Assembly (NCBI GenBank): GCA_026770705.1
Contig: JANJGN010000034.1
Location: 4,154,001-4,218,000, forward strand
Reading direction: 5' to 3'
Source of the DNA: Isurus oxyrinchus
Lineage: Eukaryota
DNA length: 64,000 nt
Part shown: positions 61,790 to 64,000 of the stretch, one piece after another
Layout: each line of letters begins with the position of its first letter
Numbering within the stretch: position 1 is the stretch's first letter
Made by a program: the position numbers and the translations under genes
The notes under the pieces: generated by a model
Told to the model about the DNA's origin: nothing
What the model saw: the letters and a program-made list of their open reading frames with translations, nothing else
The model's database searches: none

Positions 61790-63960
61790 AGGGATAGCAT
61801 GAATTTAAGCAACATAAGGCAGGATCTGGCCAAGGTAGTCTGGGAACAGATACTTGTGGTGAAATGTACAGAAGACCAGTGCGGGGTGCTCAAATAGGAA
61901 AAGGGGAGGGTCAGGTTCAACATGTTCCCTCGAGGGTGATAGGAATGTGTAACAAGCCCAGCGAACCATGGATGAGAAGAGATATTCAGGTTATGATGAC
62001 AAGGAAAAGAGGCTTTTAGCAGACACAAGGTAAGCAAAACAATGGTGGCATTAGTGGCCTACAGAAAGTGCAGCGTGGAGCTTAAAAAGCATTTAGAAGA
62101 GCAAAAAGGGGACATCAGAAAGCGCTGGCTAGTAAAATTATGGAAAATCCTATGATATTCTCTAAGCACATCAATGGGTAGAGGATAACCAGCGAACGAA
62201 TAGGGCCCAAAGGGGGCCAAGGGGGCTACCTATGTGTGGAGACACAGGATATCGCTAAACTGTTGAATAAATATTTAACATCTGTCAAGAGAATTTGGAT
62301 GAAGGTTTTGATCTCGGTGAGAGAGATGGGGGAGTTTCATCAGCAAATTGATATAGGGAGTGACAAGGCATTGGATGTGCCGGTCGGCTGAAAGGTAGTC
62401 AAATTTGCAGGTCTACATGATGTGTGACCCAGGCTGCTCGGGGAGGGGAGAGAGGAGATCCAAATTATTAATTGCTCTCTGGCCATGGTGGATGTGCCAG
62501 TAGACTGGAGAACAGCTGATGTGGTTCCAAAATTTAAGAACTGTTGTAGAGATAGGACAGGGAACGGCAGGCCAGTGAGTCTCACGTCATTTTTAGGGAA
62601 ACTATTGGAGAAAGTTCTGGAGGTATGTATCAATCTCCACTTGGAGAGGCAAGGTTTGATTAGGGATATCAGCATGGCTTTCTCAGTCGGAGATGATGCA
62701 TAACAATTTTGATTATTTTCTTTGGAGGATGTTACCAGGTGTGTCAGTGAGGGTAATGAAGTTGATGTAGTTTATATGGAATTCAGCAAATATTTTGACA
62801 AGGTCCCAAAAGGGAGAGTTACAAAGAAGGCAAATGCACATGGGATACAGGGCAAATTGATAAGGTTAATCCAAATTTGGCATAGTTGTAGGAGACAGAG
62901 GGTGATGAAAGAAGGCTGCTTTAGTTACTGGAAGCATGTGTCCAGTGGCGTACCACAGGGGTCTGTGCTCATTCCCCTATTTTTTTCATTTATATAAACT
63001 ACATTGATGACAATGTAGGCAGGGGTGGGGCGGTGAGGATTAGAAATATTGTGGATGAAAAGAAGATTGGCCGGGTGGTTAAAAGAGAGTTTCAGTGTCA
63101 TGGCCAACTGGAGGATATAGGCGGGATGGACAAATGGGCAGGTGATTGGCAGAAGGAATTTAAACCTGAAAGCTGTGAGGTGGTACACTTGGGAAGGAAT
63201 TATTTGCCCAGGAAGTATTCATGGTACAGCATGACAATTGGAAGATCAGAAGAATAAAGTGACCTTAGCGTGTCCGTCCATAGATCTCTCGAAGCAGATG
63301 GTCATGTTAGTGGGATAGCAAAAAAAGGCATATGGGACACTTGTCCTTATCAAAGTAAGCACAGATTAAAACATAGGGAGGTCATGTTGGAGTTGTGTAG
63401 AAACTTAGCGAAGCCACAGCTGGAGTACTGTTTGGAGTTCTGGTCGCCACATTATACAAAGGATATGATTGCTTTGGAGGTGGTGCAGAGGAGTTTCATC
63501 AGGATGGTGCCTGGGTTGAAACATATGAGTTATGAAAGTGAATTGAATATACTTGGGTTATTTTCGTTGTCGCAGAGAAGACTGAGGGGCGTCAGGATCG
63601 AGGTGTACAAGATAATGACCGGCATGGACAGGGAGGATATGGAACAGCTGCTCCCCTTAGTTGAAGGGTCAGTCACAAGGGGCATGAACTCAAATTGAAG
63701 GGCAGGAGGTTTAGGGGGTATGCGAGGAAAATAATTTTTACCCAGGGGGTGGTTACAGTCTGTAATGTTCTGACTGCAATGGTGGTGGATGTGGGTTGCC
63801 TCAACACCTTTAAAACGTACCTGGATGAGTTCTTGGCACGTCATAATATTCAAGGCTATGTACGGAGTGAACAAGGTAGATAGGTTAGGCGATTCCCACA
63901 GGCTGGTGCAGACTCGATAAGCCGTAAGGTGTCTTTGGCACTGTCATTCTATGATTCTTT
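61790..63960 (+). mobile_element. CR1-clade LINE, 5'-truncated, degenerate
   Basis: VPVDWRTADVVPKFK..RPVSLTSFLGKLLEKVL, VDVVYMEFSKYFDKVP..VSSGVPQGSVL.PL and LAKPQLEYCLEFWSPHY..LFSLSQRRLRG; tail attctatgattct. Confidence 0.93.
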
Positions 63961-64000
63961 TATTATGGGTGCTAAGCCTTCTACAGTGTATCAAGCAATC

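Overview
AT-rich, repeat-dense vertebrate genomic DNA. The repeats (CR1 LINEs, Penelope elements, SacSINE1/Deu-type SINE) point to a cartilaginous fish, probably a shark; this is an inference from recalled repeat families. There is no long intact ORF, and nearly all ORF-track entries are spurious or transposon relics. About 1-43.7 kb is a diverged tandem array of a ~2.5-3 kb unit, with a younger ~1.2 kb sub-array at ~12.1-17.15 kb. Each unit carries slots for two types of 21-nt AG/GT-flanked micro-exon on the + strand. In phase 1 each exon encodes one heptad with Leu fixed at position 2 (ELTECQE, DLTTCQE, ELTRFEE, ELRIFQE, ELTTCRE, ELTTCQE, ELKHKGD, ELKTKEE, ELTKCQQ, VLTKKEE, ELIKMGG). I count 28 slots: 11 with canonical splice sites, 2 ambiguous and 15 splice-dead. 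This looks like a coiled-coil gene built from one-heptad exons undergoing birth and death, reminiscent of chicken BG / butyrophilin tails. No Ig or B30.2 exon was found in the window. Also present: three long CR1 copies, a palindromic Penelope insertion with a 14-bp TSD and hammerhead-like motifs, a 10-copy tRNA-Thr(TGT)-derived array, a head-to-head Penelope GIY-YIG relic, a perfect 22-bp hairpin, a decayed 11-residue-repeat coiled-coil segment and a very decayed LTR-type pol. All coordinates were read by eye.
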